Source: Ructibacterium sp. (lineage in GTDB: Bacteria > Bacillota > Clostridia > Monoglobales > Monoglobaceae). Taken from it: 64,000 nucleotides of DNA. The position numbers and the translations under genes were made by a program. The notes beneath the pieces are model-generated. The model made no database searches. It saw only the letters and a list, made by a program, of their open reading frames with translations, and had not been told where the DNA came from. Shown here piece by piece: positions 37,222 to 48,315 of this stretch (the stretch's first letter is position 1; every line of letters begins with the position of its first letter). Where the stretch lies: NCBI GenBank assembly GCA_045534975.1, contig JAZSKV010000054.1:2200-66199 (forward strand), given 5' to 3'.

Positions 37222-39270
37222 TTAATTTAAAATACCGCCTGCTTTTTCAAAGGTTTCTTTCACCTGCTTCCGCAGCACTTCCATGGACATATGGGAAAGA
37301 TCGGGATCATTTTTTAATACCAAAGTTGCCGCATTCTGAGCCTCTTTTAAAAGTTCCATATCTGTCATCAAATCACCCACCCGCATCTGGGGAAGTCCGT
37401 GTTGTCTGGTTCCTAAAAACTCACCGGGGCCTCGTAATTCTAAATCTCTTTCCGCAATTTTAAATCCATCATCCGTTTCACATAAAACCTGCATCCGCCT
37501 CTTGGCAAACGCACCGCCGGCACAAAACATGATGCAATAAGACTGCCATTCTCCCCGACCGACACGGCCCCGAAGTTGGTGCAGTTGGGAAAGTCCAAAC
37601 CGCTCTGCATTTTCAATTACCATCACATTGGCATTGGGTACATCCACACCTACCTCAATGACAGTAGTAGAAACTAAGGCTTCAATTTCGCCCCGGACAA
37701 ACTGCTCCATAATGGCATCTTTTTCTGCACCTTTCATCCGGCCATGCAAAGCGACAATTTTTCTTCCGCGATAAGCGCCCTTTTGCAGTTTTTCCAGATA
37801 TTCTTCCACGGCATTGCCTTCAATCACTTCGGATTCCTCAATCAAAGGACAGACAAAATATGCCTGTCGCCCGGCATCCAACTGCTGCAAAACAAAGGCA
37901 TCTACCTGCTTTCTGTTATCCTCGGTCACCGCCTTTGTTACAATCTTCTTCCGTCCTGCCGGAAGTTCATCAATGAAAGAGATATCCAAATCCCCATATA
38001 AAATCAAAGATAAGGTACGGGGAATCGGCGTGGCAGTCATAACCAGGGTATGAATCTTCTCACTCTTACCGGATAATGCCGTTCTTTGCCGGACCCCAAA
38101 TCGATGCTGTTCATCGGTGATGGCAAGCCCCAGTTTAAAAAACTCCACCTTCTCGGTAATGAGCGCATGGGTTCCCACAACAATTCCTGCCCTGCCATCT
38201 GCAATCATTGCTAAATTCTCTTTTCGTTCTGCGGTCTTTTGACTGCCGCTTAAAAACGCTACCGTGATTCCCCAAGGGGCAAAGAGTCTGGATAAATTTT
38301 CATAATGTTGCTTGGCGAGAATTTCGGTAGGTGCCATCATCACAGCCTGAAATCCCGATTGCACAGCAGAAAACATCACCGCAGCAGCAACTATGGTTTT
38401 TCCGGAGCCTACATCCCCTTGTACCAGACGGTTCATGGGGGTATCTTTGCGTAAATCTGTACAAATTTCATTGATGACACGTTTCTGGGCGTTGGTCAAA
38501 GAAAAGGGTAACCCTGCCGCAAAATCAGCAATGCACTTGACATTAGAAAAAATGGGGGCTTTCCCCTGACTTCTTTGTTTTTTTGCCATACCAATACCAA
38601 CTTGCAGTACAAAAAATTCCTCAAAAGCAAGGCGTCTTCTCGCATCCTCGAAACAATCAAAATCATCCGGCTGATGAATCTGATGAATTGCCTGTTCTGC
38701 CGTTGGCATACAAAACATTTCCCGTATTGATACAGGAAGAATGTCCGGAATCGGCTCTGTCAGCGATTCCAGGGCTCTTTGCACGCTCTCTCTGATGTTC
38801 CGCTGGTTTAATCCTGCGGTACAGGGATAAATAGGCACAATTTTTCCGGTGGTATTGCCGGCGCGTTCCTGGGTTTCTACCACAGGATTGACCATTTCCG
38901 GCATTCTGCCCCGAAAGCCTACCTTGCCAAAGAGGATAAACTCCTCTGCACTCCGTAAAGTCTTCTCGATATACGGTGCATTGAACCAAGTGACAACCAA
39001 AACACCGGTTCCATCAGACATATGTACTTGTGTTACCCTCGCTCCGGTTTTTGCCCGGAAAGAGCGGATCCCGCCGACAAGAGAAACACGCACACAAACA
39101 CTCTCCCCCTCCTGCAAAGTGGCTACTTCCCGCAAATTGGTGCGATCCTCATAGCCCCGGGGGAGATGATAAAGTAAATCGCAAATGGTAAAAACGCCAA
39201 GCTTTTGAAAAAGCTCGGCGCGTTTTTCTCCAATTCCTTTGAGATAACGAATACTGTCTGTAAGTTTCAT
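37222..39270 (-). CDS. recG: ATP-dependent DNA helicase RecG
   Basis: QGDVGSGKT, DEQHRFG, MTATPIPRT, QLRGRVGRG. Confidence 0.96.
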   Translation of the reverse strand: MKLTDSIRYLKGIGEKRAELFQKLGVFTICDLLYHLPRGYEDRTNLREVATLQEGESVCVRVSLVGGIRSFRAKTGARVTQVHMSDGTGVLVVTWFNAPYIEKTLRSAEEFILFGKVGFRGRMPEMVNPVVETQERAGNTTGKIVPIYPCTAGLNQRNIRESVQRALESLTEPIPDILPVSIREMFCMPTAEQAIHQIHQPDDFDCFEDARRRLAFEEFFVLQVGIGMAKKQRSQGKAPIFSNVKCIADFAAGLPFSLTNAQKRVINEICTDLRKDTPMNRLVQGDVGSGKTIVAAAVMFSAVQSGFQAVMMAPTEILAKQHYENLSRLFAPWGITVAFLSGSQKTAERKENLAMIADGRAGIVVGTHALITEKVEFFKLGLAITDEQHRFGVRQRTALSGKSEKIHTLVMTATPIPRTLSLILYGDLDISFIDELPAGRKKIVTKAVTEDNRKQVDAFVLQQLDAGRQAYFVCPLIEESEVIEGNAVEEYLEKLQKGAYRGRKIVALHGRMKGAEKDAIMEQFVRGEIEALVSTTVIEVGVDVPNANVMVIENAERFGLSQLHQLRGRVGRGEWQSYCIMFCAGGAFAKRRMQVLCETDDGFKIAERDLELRGPGEFLGTRQHGLPQMRVGDLMTDMELLKEAQNAATLVLKNDPDLSHMSMEVLRKQVKETFEKAGGILN

Positions 39271-39272
39271 GG

Positions 39273-40889
39273 TTATTCCACCGCAATAAAATAATAATAT
39301 ACCGGCTGGCCTCCATAAACAAGAGAAACGTCTAAATATTCATATGTTTCTTCCAGTTTCTCTTGCAATGCTTCTGCATCTTCTTTCTTCACATCGGCAC
39401 CGTAATAAACTGTGATCACACCGCTCTCGTCATCAATCATGCCATGGACCAGTTCTTCCGCAACCTCATTGATGTCTTTACCAAGACATTGAATAGAACT
39501 TCCTATCATTCCCATGATATCGTTCTTCTTGATTTTTTTACCATCTACTGTGGAATTTCGTGCTGCAAAGGTAATCTGACCACACTTGACCATGCTTGCC
39601 ATATCCGCCATGGCATCCGCATTTTCCTGAGGCTCAGCCTCTTCCTGGAACGCCAATAGGGCAGAAATTCCCTGGGGAATATTCTTGGTGGGAATCACTT
39701 TCACATTTTGGTCAGTCAAGGCATCGACCTGTTCTGCCGCAAGGATAATGTTTTTATTATTCGGCAAAATGAAAACAGTATCTGCAGGAATTTCCTGTAC
39801 TGCATCTAACAAATCCTGGGTACTGGGGTTCATAGTCTGGCCACCCTCTACCACAGCGTCTGCACCAATACTCCGGAACACTTCACTCAAACCATCACCG
39901 GCAGAAACGGCTACTGTACCATATTTCTTCCGTTCTACCACCGGGGCGTCTTCGGTCCGGACCTTTTCCTCGTGCTGATACTTCATATTGTCAATTTTCA
40001 AATTGGTCAGTTCGCCAAGTTTCAACGCCTGCTCAATCACAAAACCAGGGTGATTGGTGTGGATATGGACTTTTACAATTTCTTCATCTTCAATCACCAG
40101 CATGCAATCGCCCTTAGGACGAATGGCTGCCTTAAACTGGGTAGCCTGACGGTCTGGTTTTTTCTGGATCAAAAATTCCGTACAATAAAGAAATTTAATT
40201 TCTTCATTTGTCTTGCCGACTGCTGTTTTGGGCGCACTGGCTACCTGCTCTGCCCCTTGTTCCAAAGCAACAGGAGTTCCCTCTGCTGCCAAAACGGCAC
40301 CCTCTAAAATGGTAACGATACCCTTACCCCCGGCATCTACCACCCCTGCCTGCTTCAATACAGGCAGAATTTCCGGGGTTCGGTCAAGGCTCTCCTGTGC
40401 CGCTTTCAGCATGGCACGTAAAAACTTCACCGGCTTCTTATGCTTTCCGGAAGATTTTTCAGCAAATTCCGCGATTTCCCGTACTACCGTCAAAATGGTT
40501 CCCTCGGTGGGCTTCATAACGGCACGGTAAGCCGTATCACGGCTGTTTTTTGCCGCCGCCGTAATTGCGGCAACATCCAATTCTTTCTTTCCGTGCACGC
40601 CGGTTGCCAGACCACGAAGAATCTGGGATAAAATAACGCCGGAATTACCCCGGGCATTCCGCAAGGAAGATTTTGCCAGAGTTTCCAGGATTTCATCGGC
40701 ACCGGCACCTGCATCACAAGAGAGCGCTTCACTGGCCGCCGCACCGAACGTCATTCCCATATTGGTTCCTGTATCGCCGTCCGGAACAGGGAATACATTC
40801 AGGTCATTAATCTGTTTCCGTTGATTTTGCAGATGATTGGAAGCAGATTCTATCATCTGACGTATGATTTCACTTTGCAATCGTTCCAC
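39273..40889 (-). CDS. fakA: DAK2-domain fatty acid kinase catalytic subunit (FakA/YloV)
   Basis: LNVFPVPDGDTGTNM, GNSGVILSQ, YCTEF, GGQTMNPS, GGQPVY. Confidence 0.9.
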   Translation of the reverse strand: MERLQSEIIRQMIESASNHLQNQRKQINDLNVFPVPDGDTGTNMGMTFGAAASEALSCDAGAGADEILETLAKSSLRNARGNSGVILSQILRGLATGVHGKKELDVAAITAAAKNSRDTAYRAVMKPTEGTILTVVREIAEFAEKSSGKHKKPVKFLRAMLKAAQESLDRTPEILPVLKQAGVVDAGGKGIVTILEGAVLAAEGTPVALEQGAEQVASAPKTAVGKTNEEIKFLYCTEFLIQKKPDRQATQFKAAIRPKGDCMLVIEDEEIVKVHIHTNHPGFVIEQALKLGELTNLKIDNMKYQHEEKVRTEDAPVVERKKYGTVAVSAGDGLSEVFRSIGADAVVEGGQTMNPSTQDLLDAVQEIPADTVFILPNNKNIILAAEQVDALTDQNVKVIPTKNIPQGISALLAFQEEAEPQENADAMADMASMVKCGQITFAARNSTVDGKKIKKNDIMGMIGSSIQCLGKDINEVAEELVHGMIDDESGVITVYYGADVKKEDAEALQEKLEETYEYLDVSLVYGGQPVYYYFIAVE

Positions 40890-40920
40890 GATATCTCCTC
40901 CTTCTTGAAGTCAATTTCCT

Positions 40921-41277
40921 TTACTGGTGTACCCGGATACTTTCCACGTTCACCGTAACAGAACCCACTTCAAGACCCGTCGTTTCCTCAACCTGATATT
41001 TTACATTATTTCTGATAATTTCGCCAACGGTACTAATATTGACGCCATATTCCATAATGACATACAAAGTGATATGCAGAATATTCTCGTTGATTCTCAC
41101 CTTGATGCCCCGGTCCATGCTCTCTTTCTTCAAAAGCCGTGCGATACCGTCTTTGCTACTTCTGGTCGCCATACCAACCACGCCATAGCACTGACTTGCC
41201 GCATAGCCTGCCAGTTTTGCAATGACAGTATTAGAGATTTCCACCAAACCTCTTTCATTTTTGATTTCTGCAGCCAT
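40921..41277 (-). CDS. Asp23/Gls24 family protein (YloU-like)
   Basis: CYGVVGMA, YVIMEYGVNI; upstream of the DAK2 gene. Confidence 0.88.
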   Translation of the reverse strand: MAAEIKNERGLVEISNTVIAKLAGYAASQCYGVVGMATRSSKDGIARLLKKESMDRGIKVRINENILHITLYVIMEYGVNISTVGEIIRNNVKYQVEETTGLEVGSVTVNVESIRVHQ

Positions 41278-41281
41278 TCCT

Positions 41282-43351
41282 TTATTCCTCCTCTAAACAA
41301 TGAATCGATGCATCCAACTTTTCCGCGTTTTTTGCATCTCTTTGATGACATGTAAATAAGAAAATCTGGCGTTCTTTCGCCAATTTCTGTAATAGTCCAA
41401 GTGCCAGTTCTGCCCGTGTATCGTCATAGGCAATCAAAAAGTCATCCAAGAACAATGGTTCTGTCCCGTCACCAAGCAGACTACCAAGTGCCAATCGCAG
41501 GGCAAAATAGGTTTGTTCATAAGTGCCTTTACTGAAATATTCCGCCGGATACAAATGATGTTCATCCGGGAATAATTTTAACTGATATTCCTCCGAAACA
41601 CGAACATCCTGATATTTTCCTCCGGTTAGTATATCCAGAAAACCATTGACTTTTTCATTCACAAAGGGTGTAAAATCCGATTTTCTTTTTTCATGAACTC
41701 GGGTGAAAACCGCTGTTGCCAAATCCAAAGCCTTCTCCTTTTTTTCAAGGTCTAAAATTTTCTGGTCAATCTGTAAAATCTCAGTTTCTGCATCGGCAGG
41801 GTTCCGGTTTCCATGGAAAACATAACTGAGTTTTCCCTCAATTTCCTTGATATTAGATACCGCCGACAACTGTATCTCTTGCATTCTCTGCATCTCTGTG
41901 TCAAGGTCTGCTTTTAATAAATCTTCATACTTTGCCAGAATTTCATCTGCTTCTTGTATCTTTCCAGAAAGCGTCTGTGCATCTTCATCTTCCATCAAGG
42001 ATTCATAGGTTTTTCTAAAACCCTCCGCCTCAATAGCGGATTGTCGATACCGGAGAAAGCCGGCATACAAATCCTGGGCATTCTTACAACCATAAGATTC
42101 TAATATACTTTGATAGTCAGCCACAAGGGCATCTCTTTCCCGGACAGCACTTTCTCTCTCTGCCAGTATCCGGGTTTTTTCTTCCGCCTTTTCCCATGCA
42201 ATTTTCTTTGCCCTTTGTCCATGAAAAAGGGCACTGCCTATCAAGAAAAGTCCGACCGTACCAAAGAACACCGTCCATCCCCAGTGGATGACAGAAAAAA
42301 ACATTGCTACGACCAAAAGAGCAATTCCTACAACCAAGAAAAAACTGTTTTTCTTTTCTCTTTCTTGTGCCATGGAAATTCTTTCCTCGGTCTGTCTTAT
42401 ATCATACTCTATTGCATCCATTTGGTCAAGTGTTTCTATCTTTTTTTCTAATATTTCTACTTTTTCAATCAGTGATTCATTTAAGGCTTGAAATTTTTGA
42501 TAATCTTCCCTCGCCTCAACCTGACGGGCAAACTCCAACATCCGCTGTGCTTGTTCTAATTTCTTTTTCCCGGCGTCCAATTCCAGAATCCGGCTCTTTT
42601 GTTCCGCCAGATTTTTAAGGCGTTCTATCTCAGTTTTTGCAGTTTCTAACTTGACCTTTTCTTCTGCCAGTCTACGTTCTTCCGCCTCCCGCTGATGCAT
42701 ATCGGAAAGCAACTGATACCGTTCTTTTACCTTTTCTTCCCGGAGGTCCCGGTATCGATCCAACTCTCCCGGATTACTCCGCTTGTCTTTGGCTTTTAAA
42801 GCGCGCTTTTCCCGTTCTAGCCAGGAAAGGGTTCTCTCTGCCGAAACATCTTCTGCTCCGGTTTCCAAAAGGTTTAAAAGTCTTCGGTTTAAGACATCGT
42901 CTGCCTCACCAAAGAATGCGCCGTCCTGATGGAGCCAGAATGTTTTCTCAAAAATGGATTCCGGCACACCAAGTAACTGCTCTCCTAACTGTTTAGGATC
43001 ATAATCAGCGATAATACTGCCGGTATTAGAATCCAGAATTTCAGTTTTATCGCCAGCCGCTGTTTTTCCGAATTTCCGCCGGATTTCTAAGTTTTTTCCA
43101 TCCGCAATAAGCCGCAAAATACCCTCTGCGCTTTTTTCCTCCCAAGGGATGATACGTTCCCGTACTTTTAATCCCCTTTCATCCTTTTTCGAGCCGGAAA
43201 TTCCGTAAAGCATCACTTTTAAAAACAACTGCAACGTAGATTTTCCCGCTTCGTTCCCGCCGTAAATAACCTGTAATCCATTTTGAAATGAAAGGGATAC
43301 GCTTTGAAATTTTCCAAACCGAATCAAAACTGCTTCTGTGATTTGTATCAT
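41282..43351 (-). CDS. Rad50/SbcC-like AAA ATPase (YhaN-like)
   Basis: GGNEAGKST Walker A, long coiled coil, FSKGTYEQ signature, LDD Walker B. Confidence 0.85.
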   Translation of the reverse strand: MIQITEAVLIRFGKFQSVSLSFQNGLQVIYGGNEAGKSTLQLFLKVMLYGISGSKKDERGLKVRERIIPWEEKSAEGILRLIADGKNLEIRRKFGKTAAGDKTEILDSNTGSIIADYDPKQLGEQLLGVPESIFEKTFWLHQDGAFFGEADDVLNRRLLNLLETGAEDVSAERTLSWLEREKRALKAKDKRSNPGELDRYRDLREEKVKERYQLLSDMHQREAEERRLAEEKVKLETAKTEIERLKNLAEQKSRILELDAGKKKLEQAQRMLEFARQVEAREDYQKFQALNESLIEKVEILEKKIETLDQMDAIEYDIRQTEERISMAQEREKKNSFFLVVGIALLVVAMFFSVIHWGWTVFFGTVGLFLIGSALFHGQRAKKIAWEKAEEKTRILAERESAVRERDALVADYQSILESYGCKNAQDLYAGFLRYRQSAIEAEGFRKTYESLMEDEDAQTLSGKIQEADEILAKYEDLLKADLDTEMQRMQEIQLSAVSNIKEIEGKLSYVFHGNRNPADAETEILQIDQKILDLEKKEKALDLATAVFTRVHEKRKSDFTPFVNEKVNGFLDILTGGKYQDVRVSEEYQLKLFPDEHHLYPAEYFSKGTYEQTYFALRLALGSLLGDGTEPLFLDDFLIAYDDTRAELALGLLQKLAKERQIFLFTCHQRDAKNAEKLDASIHCLEEE

Positions 43352-44463
43352 GCTCCCTGCCCCCTCTCCATGGCCTTGATACCAAGTTCCAAGGCAAGAT
43401 AGCCGATTTCTTTTTCTTCTTCCAGCATGACCTCAATTTCCCGGAGCATCGCCGAAACAAAATCTCCCCGGAGGGTATTCTCCTTTGCCATTTCTGTAAG
43501 AGAAATCTCCGGACGGGTTTCATCGATGATATCCAAGTAAAAAGCCTTATCTTTGAGTTCTTCTTTGAAAACTTCAATGGAGAGGTCGCACGGACCCATT
43601 TGCCCGATTAAATATATTTTATAAATATCTTCTACACTGCCTGCTTTTTCCATGGCAGACACAATGGCATCCTGCACTTGGAAACTGTCTTCCATGTCAG
43701 TGACATCCACCTGCAAATGCCAGGAGGAACGCCGCGAAGCAGGAACCCAAGTAAGTTGCACATTTCCTTTTTCTGCAACTCCCTGATAAAAGCCTTTCAC
43801 ACCCTCTTCATCAAAGCCTCTTCCCTCCGGCACACCGGGATAGGCATAACGAGTATTGTCAAGACGTACAAGTCCGCTTGCCTGATGGATATGACCCAGG
43901 GCAAGATAATCCATACCGGATGCGGCAACTTTCCCTTTTTCCATAGGATTATAGGCGCTTTTACCGCCATCGGCCACAACATCGCCATGAAGAACCATCA
44001 TATTACACCAATCTTCCCGTACAGGGAGGTCTGTCAACAAGGTATCTTCTTCATGTTCCTGCCCAAAACTTCGACCATGAATCCGGGTCTTTAATTCAGG
44101 GAAATCAAAATATTCCCACTGGGTTGAAAAGATATGAACATTTTCTCCCCAATCCTCCCCTTGATATACCGAACCGGGGTTAAGAGGGTCGTGGTTGCCT
44201 GCTGCAATGAAAACCTTTGTATCACCTAATTCCCGCAAACACCGTTTCACAAAAGAAACCGTTTCTAAGGACACAAAGCGTCCGTCAAACAAATCACCGC
44301 TGATGAAGAGAAAATCTTTTCCCTTTGCGGCATCTAGTACCTTTTGAAAAGTTTTCAAGACTTCACGCCGCCGCAGTTGCATCTGCTTCTGGCTGAAATT
44401 TGCAGAAAACGGCGTATCTAAATGAACATCTGCCGTATGGACAAAGGTTGCCAAATCACTCAC
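43348..44463 (-). CDS. Mre11/SbcD-like metallophosphoesterase DNA repair nuclease (YhaO-like)
   Basis: HTADVHLD, SGDLFD, GNHD, LHG, LGHIH; promoter TTGACT-17-TACAAT at 44529-44501. Confidence 0.88.
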   Translation of the reverse strand: MSDLATFVHTADVHLDTPFSANFSQKQMQLRRREVLKTFQKVLDAAKGKDFLFISGDLFDGRFVSLETVSFVKRCLRELGDTKVFIAAGNHDPLNPGSVYQGEDWGENVHIFSTQWEYFDFPELKTRIHGRSFGQEHEEDTLLTDLPVREDWCNMMVLHGDVVADGGKSAYNPMEKGKVAASGMDYLALGHIHQASGLVRLDNTRYAYPGVPEGRGFDEEGVKGFYQGVAEKGNVQLTWVPASRRSSWHLQVDVTDMEDSFQVQDAIVSAMEKAGSVEDIYKIYLIGQMGPCDLSIEVFKEELKDKAFYLDIIDETRPEISLTEMAKENTLRGDFVSAMLREIEVMLEEEKEIGYLALELGIKAMERGQGA

Positions 44464-44606
44464 CTCCGAACCAACTGATAGAACAATCCTATAATATTAT
44501 ATTGTAGCATAAAACTTTATCACAGTCAATTTAATTATCATACAATAGCTCATAAAAAAAGACCCAATGGGTCTTTTTTTCTTTATTTTTATGTAGGATA
44601 CAAAAA

Positions 44607-46034
44607 CTACCTATCCGTCAGCATGCCCAAAAAGATAAAGTAATGACATACGGTATAGAAAATGAAAACGCCGACAAGTGCAGATATGGTGTAAGCGATA
44701 ACAATACCAAGGGGAATGAGCATGGAGTTATCTTCAAGATGATCTTTCCGTTTGAGTCTTGTAACAATCAAATAAAGTAACGCTCCTACGTAGCATACCC
44801 CGGAAAGTATTCCTGTACTTACCGCTCTTTCAAGGATCTCATTGTGGGCTCTGTCGAATTCAACGGTTCTTTTGGTATATTCGTCTTTTAAATTATCAGG
44901 TCCATAGCCCAAAATAGGCTTTTCCCCTATCATTTCTATTGTGTTCATCCAGATTTTCCATCTGCCGCTTCCGGCTAAGCCCACATCTTCGTTGGGTTTG
45001 GTAGGCTCGTCGGAATTTACAATTTTGGAAACGTCATTACCAAGTTCTATAAAGTTGTTAATCACTAAGGAATCCGATGTTGATACAAAAGACACCGCGA
45101 TACTCACAATGATAAAGATAATAAGAGGGGCAAAAGCGGTGGTAAATTTACCTTTTGCTACGAAACATGTTGCAGCGCCAATGATGATAACTGCTGCCAA
45201 CACCGCCAGATACACACCAAAGGAATTGTTAAGTACAAGCACCCAAAAAGCATAACCCATAAAGAGAGCCGAGAAAACTTTTAATAAGGGTTTCTTTGCT
45301 TTGATAAACAAGCCAACGCCAAGCATGGCACACATGCCAATGTAATAACCAAGGTGATTGAGATTGTAAAATGACCCGGTATTTCCTTTGAAAAAGTGTC
45401 CGGTTGCTATTCCTGACTTAAAATATTGAAATCTTAGTTTTCCACCGATTTTACCGAAAGGCTCCTGCTGCGCAGTGCCTAAAACACCATAATGCTGCTG
45501 AATCATAATTGCCGCTTGGATCAAAAAGCTTACGATGTAAATGGTATAGATAATTTTTCTATATTTGGGATTTTGAATGAATGACGAAAAAACAAAAAGG
45601 ATCATCAGTGCCGTGTGAAGGAAAAGTCCATCCGGTCTGGTCTCTATACCAAACAGAGCATGTCCTTTATCTTTTGCAAAAAAGCAGGAAAGGATCACGC
45701 AAAGATAAATAACCAGAAAAAGGAACGCGTGCTTATTCTTCGCAAAATATGTTTTCAGATTATTCCACAGATATCTTGTTTTTCCCACTCCGCCGGGCAC
45801 ATGCAAAACATGATAGTAGTTATGAAGATATACCCACAACGCTATGATCGCTGAAAGAATAGCAATGATTGTAAGAAACGAGAAAATATTACCGTGTTTG
45901 ATGGGTGCAAAAACTGCAAAAAGCGGCAAGAGTGCAAACAGCGACACTACCACAAGGCAAAGTTTTTCAAAATTTTCTTTTAATTGATCCGCATATTTTT
46001 GTAATCTTTTATTTGCCATAATATATTTCTCCAA
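44607..46034 (-). CDS. O-antigen ligase (Wzy_C) family membrane protein
   Basis: Multi-TM; GSGRWKIW...PILGYGPDN...AHNEILE. Confidence 0.82.
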   Translation of the reverse strand: MEKYIMANKRLQKYADQLKENFEKLCLVVVSLFALLPLFAVFAPIKHGNIFSFLTIIAILSAIIALWVYLHNYYHVLHVPGGVGKTRYLWNNLKTYFAKNKHAFLFLVIYLCVILSCFFAKDKGHALFGIETRPDGLFLHTALMILFVFSSFIQNPKYRKIIYTIYIVSFLIQAAIMIQQHYGVLGTAQQEPFGKIGGKLRFQYFKSGIATGHFFKGNTGSFYNLNHLGYYIGMCAMLGVGLFIKAKKPLLKVFSALFMGYAFWVLVLNNSFGVYLAVLAAVIIIGAATCFVAKGKFTTAFAPLIIFIIVSIAVSFVSTSDSLVINNFIELGNDVSKIVNSDEPTKPNEDVGLAGSGRWKIWMNTIEMIGEKPILGYGPDNLKDEYTKRTVEFDRAHNEILERAVSTGILSGVCYVGALLYLIVTRLKRKDHLEDNSMLIPLGIVIAYTISALVGVFIFYTVCHYFIFLGMLTDR

Positions 46035-46057
46035 TTCGTAAAATCATAATCTTTTCC

Positions 46058-46792
46058 TTATTCCTCGGGCATTTCCCAGGTGTGATATACGTTTTGAACA
46101 TCATCGTTTTCTTCCAGCATATCAATGAGTTTTTCCATCTTGGTTACCGCTTCCGGATCATCCAAAGCGGTGGTAGTTTGAGGAATGTAGTTGATTTCCG
46201 CCTGGGCAAAGTTATAGCCGCCCTGCTCTAATGCCTCACGAACTGCACTAAAGTTTTCTACCGCAGTTAAAACTTCATAACACTCATCTTCTACGTTAAA
46301 ATCATCGGCACCTGCCTCTAAGGCATCCATCATCAGGGTGTCTTCGTCAATACCCTCTGCCTTTTCAATCACGATAAGACCTTTTCTGTCAAACATAAAA
46401 CTTACACAACCATTTTGCCCTAAGTTACCACCGTTTTTATCAAAGTAGTGGCGCAAATCCCCAGCGGTTCTGTTTTTGTTATCGGTCAGGGTTTCTACAA
46501 TCACAGCGATACCGCTGGGACCGTAACCCTCATAAACCATCTCAAAATATTCGCTGGTGTTACCCTCGCCGGAAGCCTTTTTAATGCTTCTGGTGATATT
46601 ATCATTGGGCATATTATTGGCTTTCGCCTTAGCGATAACATCCCGGAGTTTGGAGTTAGAATCCGGATCCGGTCCGCCCTCTTTGACTGCCACCATAAGT
46701 TCTCTGCCTATTTTAGTGAAAATCTTACCACGCTTTGCATCAATGGCACCTTTTTTTCTCTTAATCGTTGCCCATTTGGAATGTCCTGACAT
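46058..46792 (-). CDS. yebC: YebC/PmpR family protein
   Basis: [31 protein letters not shown]. Confidence 0.94.
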   Translation of the reverse strand: MSGHSKWATIKRKKGAIDAKRGKIFTKIGRELMVAVKEGGPDPDSNSKLRDVIAKAKANNMPNDNITRSIKKASGEGNTSEYFEMVYEGYGPSGIAVIVETLTDNKNRTAGDLRHYFDKNGGNLGQNGCVSFMFDRKGLIVIEKAEGIDEDTLMMDALEAGADDFNVEDECYEVLTAVENFSAVREALEQGGYNFAQAEINYIPQTTTALDDPEAVTKMEKLIDMLEENDDVQNVYHTWEMPEE

Positions 46793-46891
46793 AACTGTAT
46801 TCCTCCTAAAAACTATTTTCTGCTGTTAAAATAAAAGGCACTGCCTCACAAAAACCAGGAGGGGCATCTCCCCTCCCGGATAAGAACAAAT

Positions 46892-47824
46892 TTACTTTTC
46901 GTCTATCTTGGTATCTCCTGCAAGTTCTTGGATACTGGTCACCAACCCTGCAAGTCCCTGAATCTCTGACGGGATAATAATTTTAGTTGCCTTGCCGTCT
47001 GCCGCTTTGGCAAAGGCTTCCAGACTTTTGATGGCAACAACCTTTTCGGTAGGATTTGCCTCGTTGAGCATTCTAAGTCCCTCAGCGGTTGCCTTTTGCA
47101 CCTCTAAAATCGCTTGGGCTTCACCCTCTGCAATCCGGATTGCCGCTTCCTTTTCCGCTTCCGCTTGAAGAATCTGGGACTGTTTTTCTGCTTCCGCTTG
47201 CAAAATACGGGATTCTTTCTCGCCCTCAGCCACTAAAACGGCAGATTTCTTCTCTCCCTCTGCTCTTAAAATCGCTTCCCGGCGTTCCCGCTCCGCTTTC
47301 ATCTGTTTCTCCATGGCTTCACGGATACCAGAGGGGGGAATGATATTTTTTAATTCCACACGGTTAACCTTGATGCCCCAGGGGTCGGTGGCTTCATCCA
47401 AAATTGCGCGCATCTGGGTATTAATCACATCACGAGAGGTCAAACTCTCGTCCAGTTCCATATCACCAATGATGTTACGCAAGGTGGTTGCCGTTAAGTT
47501 TTCGATAGCAGACATGGGCATATCCACGCCATAGGTGTATAACTTCGGGTCGGTAATCTGGAAATATACTACAGTATCAATCTGCATGGTAACGTTATCC
47601 TTGGTGATAACCGGCTGAGGCGGAAAATCCACCACCTGTTCCTTTAAACTAACCCGTTTTGCAATCCGGTCAATCATGGGGAATTTCACATGTAACCCCA
47701 CGCCCCAAGTTGCATGATATGCACCTAAGCGCTCTACTACATAGGAATGTGCTTGGGGAACAACCTTGATACAAGACAAAAATACAATAATTAAAACAAT
47801 CAGCAAACCTAAGAATAATGCCAT
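46892..47824 (-). CDS. SPFH/Band 7 (stomatin-like) membrane protein
   Basis: VERLG, ITKDNV, TLRNIIG, WGIKVNRVE, AERERR. Confidence 0.92.
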   Translation of the reverse strand: MALFLGLLIVLIIVFLSCIKVVPQAHSYVVERLGAYHATWGVGLHVKFPMIDRIAKRVSLKEQVVDFPPQPVITKDNVTMQIDTVVYFQITDPKLYTYGVDMPMSAIENLTATTLRNIIGDMELDESLTSRDVINTQMRAILDEATDPWGIKVNRVELKNIIPPSGIREAMEKQMKAERERREAILRAEGEKKSAVLVAEGEKESRILQAEAEKQSQILQAEAEKEAAIRIAEGEAQAILEVQKATAEGLRMLNEANPTEKVVAIKSLEAFAKAADGKATKIIIPSEIQGLAGLVTSIQELAGDTKIDEK

Positions 47825-47845
47825 ATCTCTCTTCCTTTCTGCTTG

Positions 47846-48289
47846 TTAATCTAATCTCTTAACGACTGCTTTGACACCCTCAATGGATTCCACGCTGACT
47901 TTCTCGCCAATTTCAATCACCGTATGATTCAGGCTGGATGCAGACCAAATCTGCCCCAGAACCTTAATCTGACCGGTATTTTCAATGGGTTCAATTTTCA
48001 CTACCACAATGCCCTCTGCACCAATCAGACGGTCGGCATTAGTACCGATGGTATTGTTATTCCGAAACCGTTTGGAAAACGGTACTGTCAACACAAGCAA
48101 AAGTGCCGAGAGAATCAGAAAGGTCAAAACCTGCGCAAAGATACTGCCGCCAAATGCCGCAATAATCGCCGCACCTACCGCACCAACCGCCATCCAGATG
48201 GAAATCAAAGAAACGGTAAGTCCCTCTACCATGCCCAAAACAACTGCGACAATAAGCCAAACAACTACGGTACCATTCATCTTGTCCAC
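47846..48289 (-). CDS. NfeD family protein
   Basis: N-terminal TM helices plus OB-fold (LIGAEG..GQIKVLGQIWSA); paired with the SPFH gene. Confidence 0.88.
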   Translation of the reverse strand: MDKMNGTVVVWLIVAVVLGMVEGLTVSLISIWMAVGAVGAAIIAAFGGSIFAQVLTFLILSALLLVLTVPFSKRFRNNNTIGTNADRLIGAEGIVVVKIEPIENTGQIKVLGQIWSASSLNHTVIEIGEKVSVESIEGVKAVVKRLD

Positions 48290-48315
48290 CCTTTCCCGGC
48301 AGAAATAAAGACTAT

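Noticed and set aside
46892-48289. NfeD-SPFH gene pair
   Set aside because: A widespread, well-described pairing.
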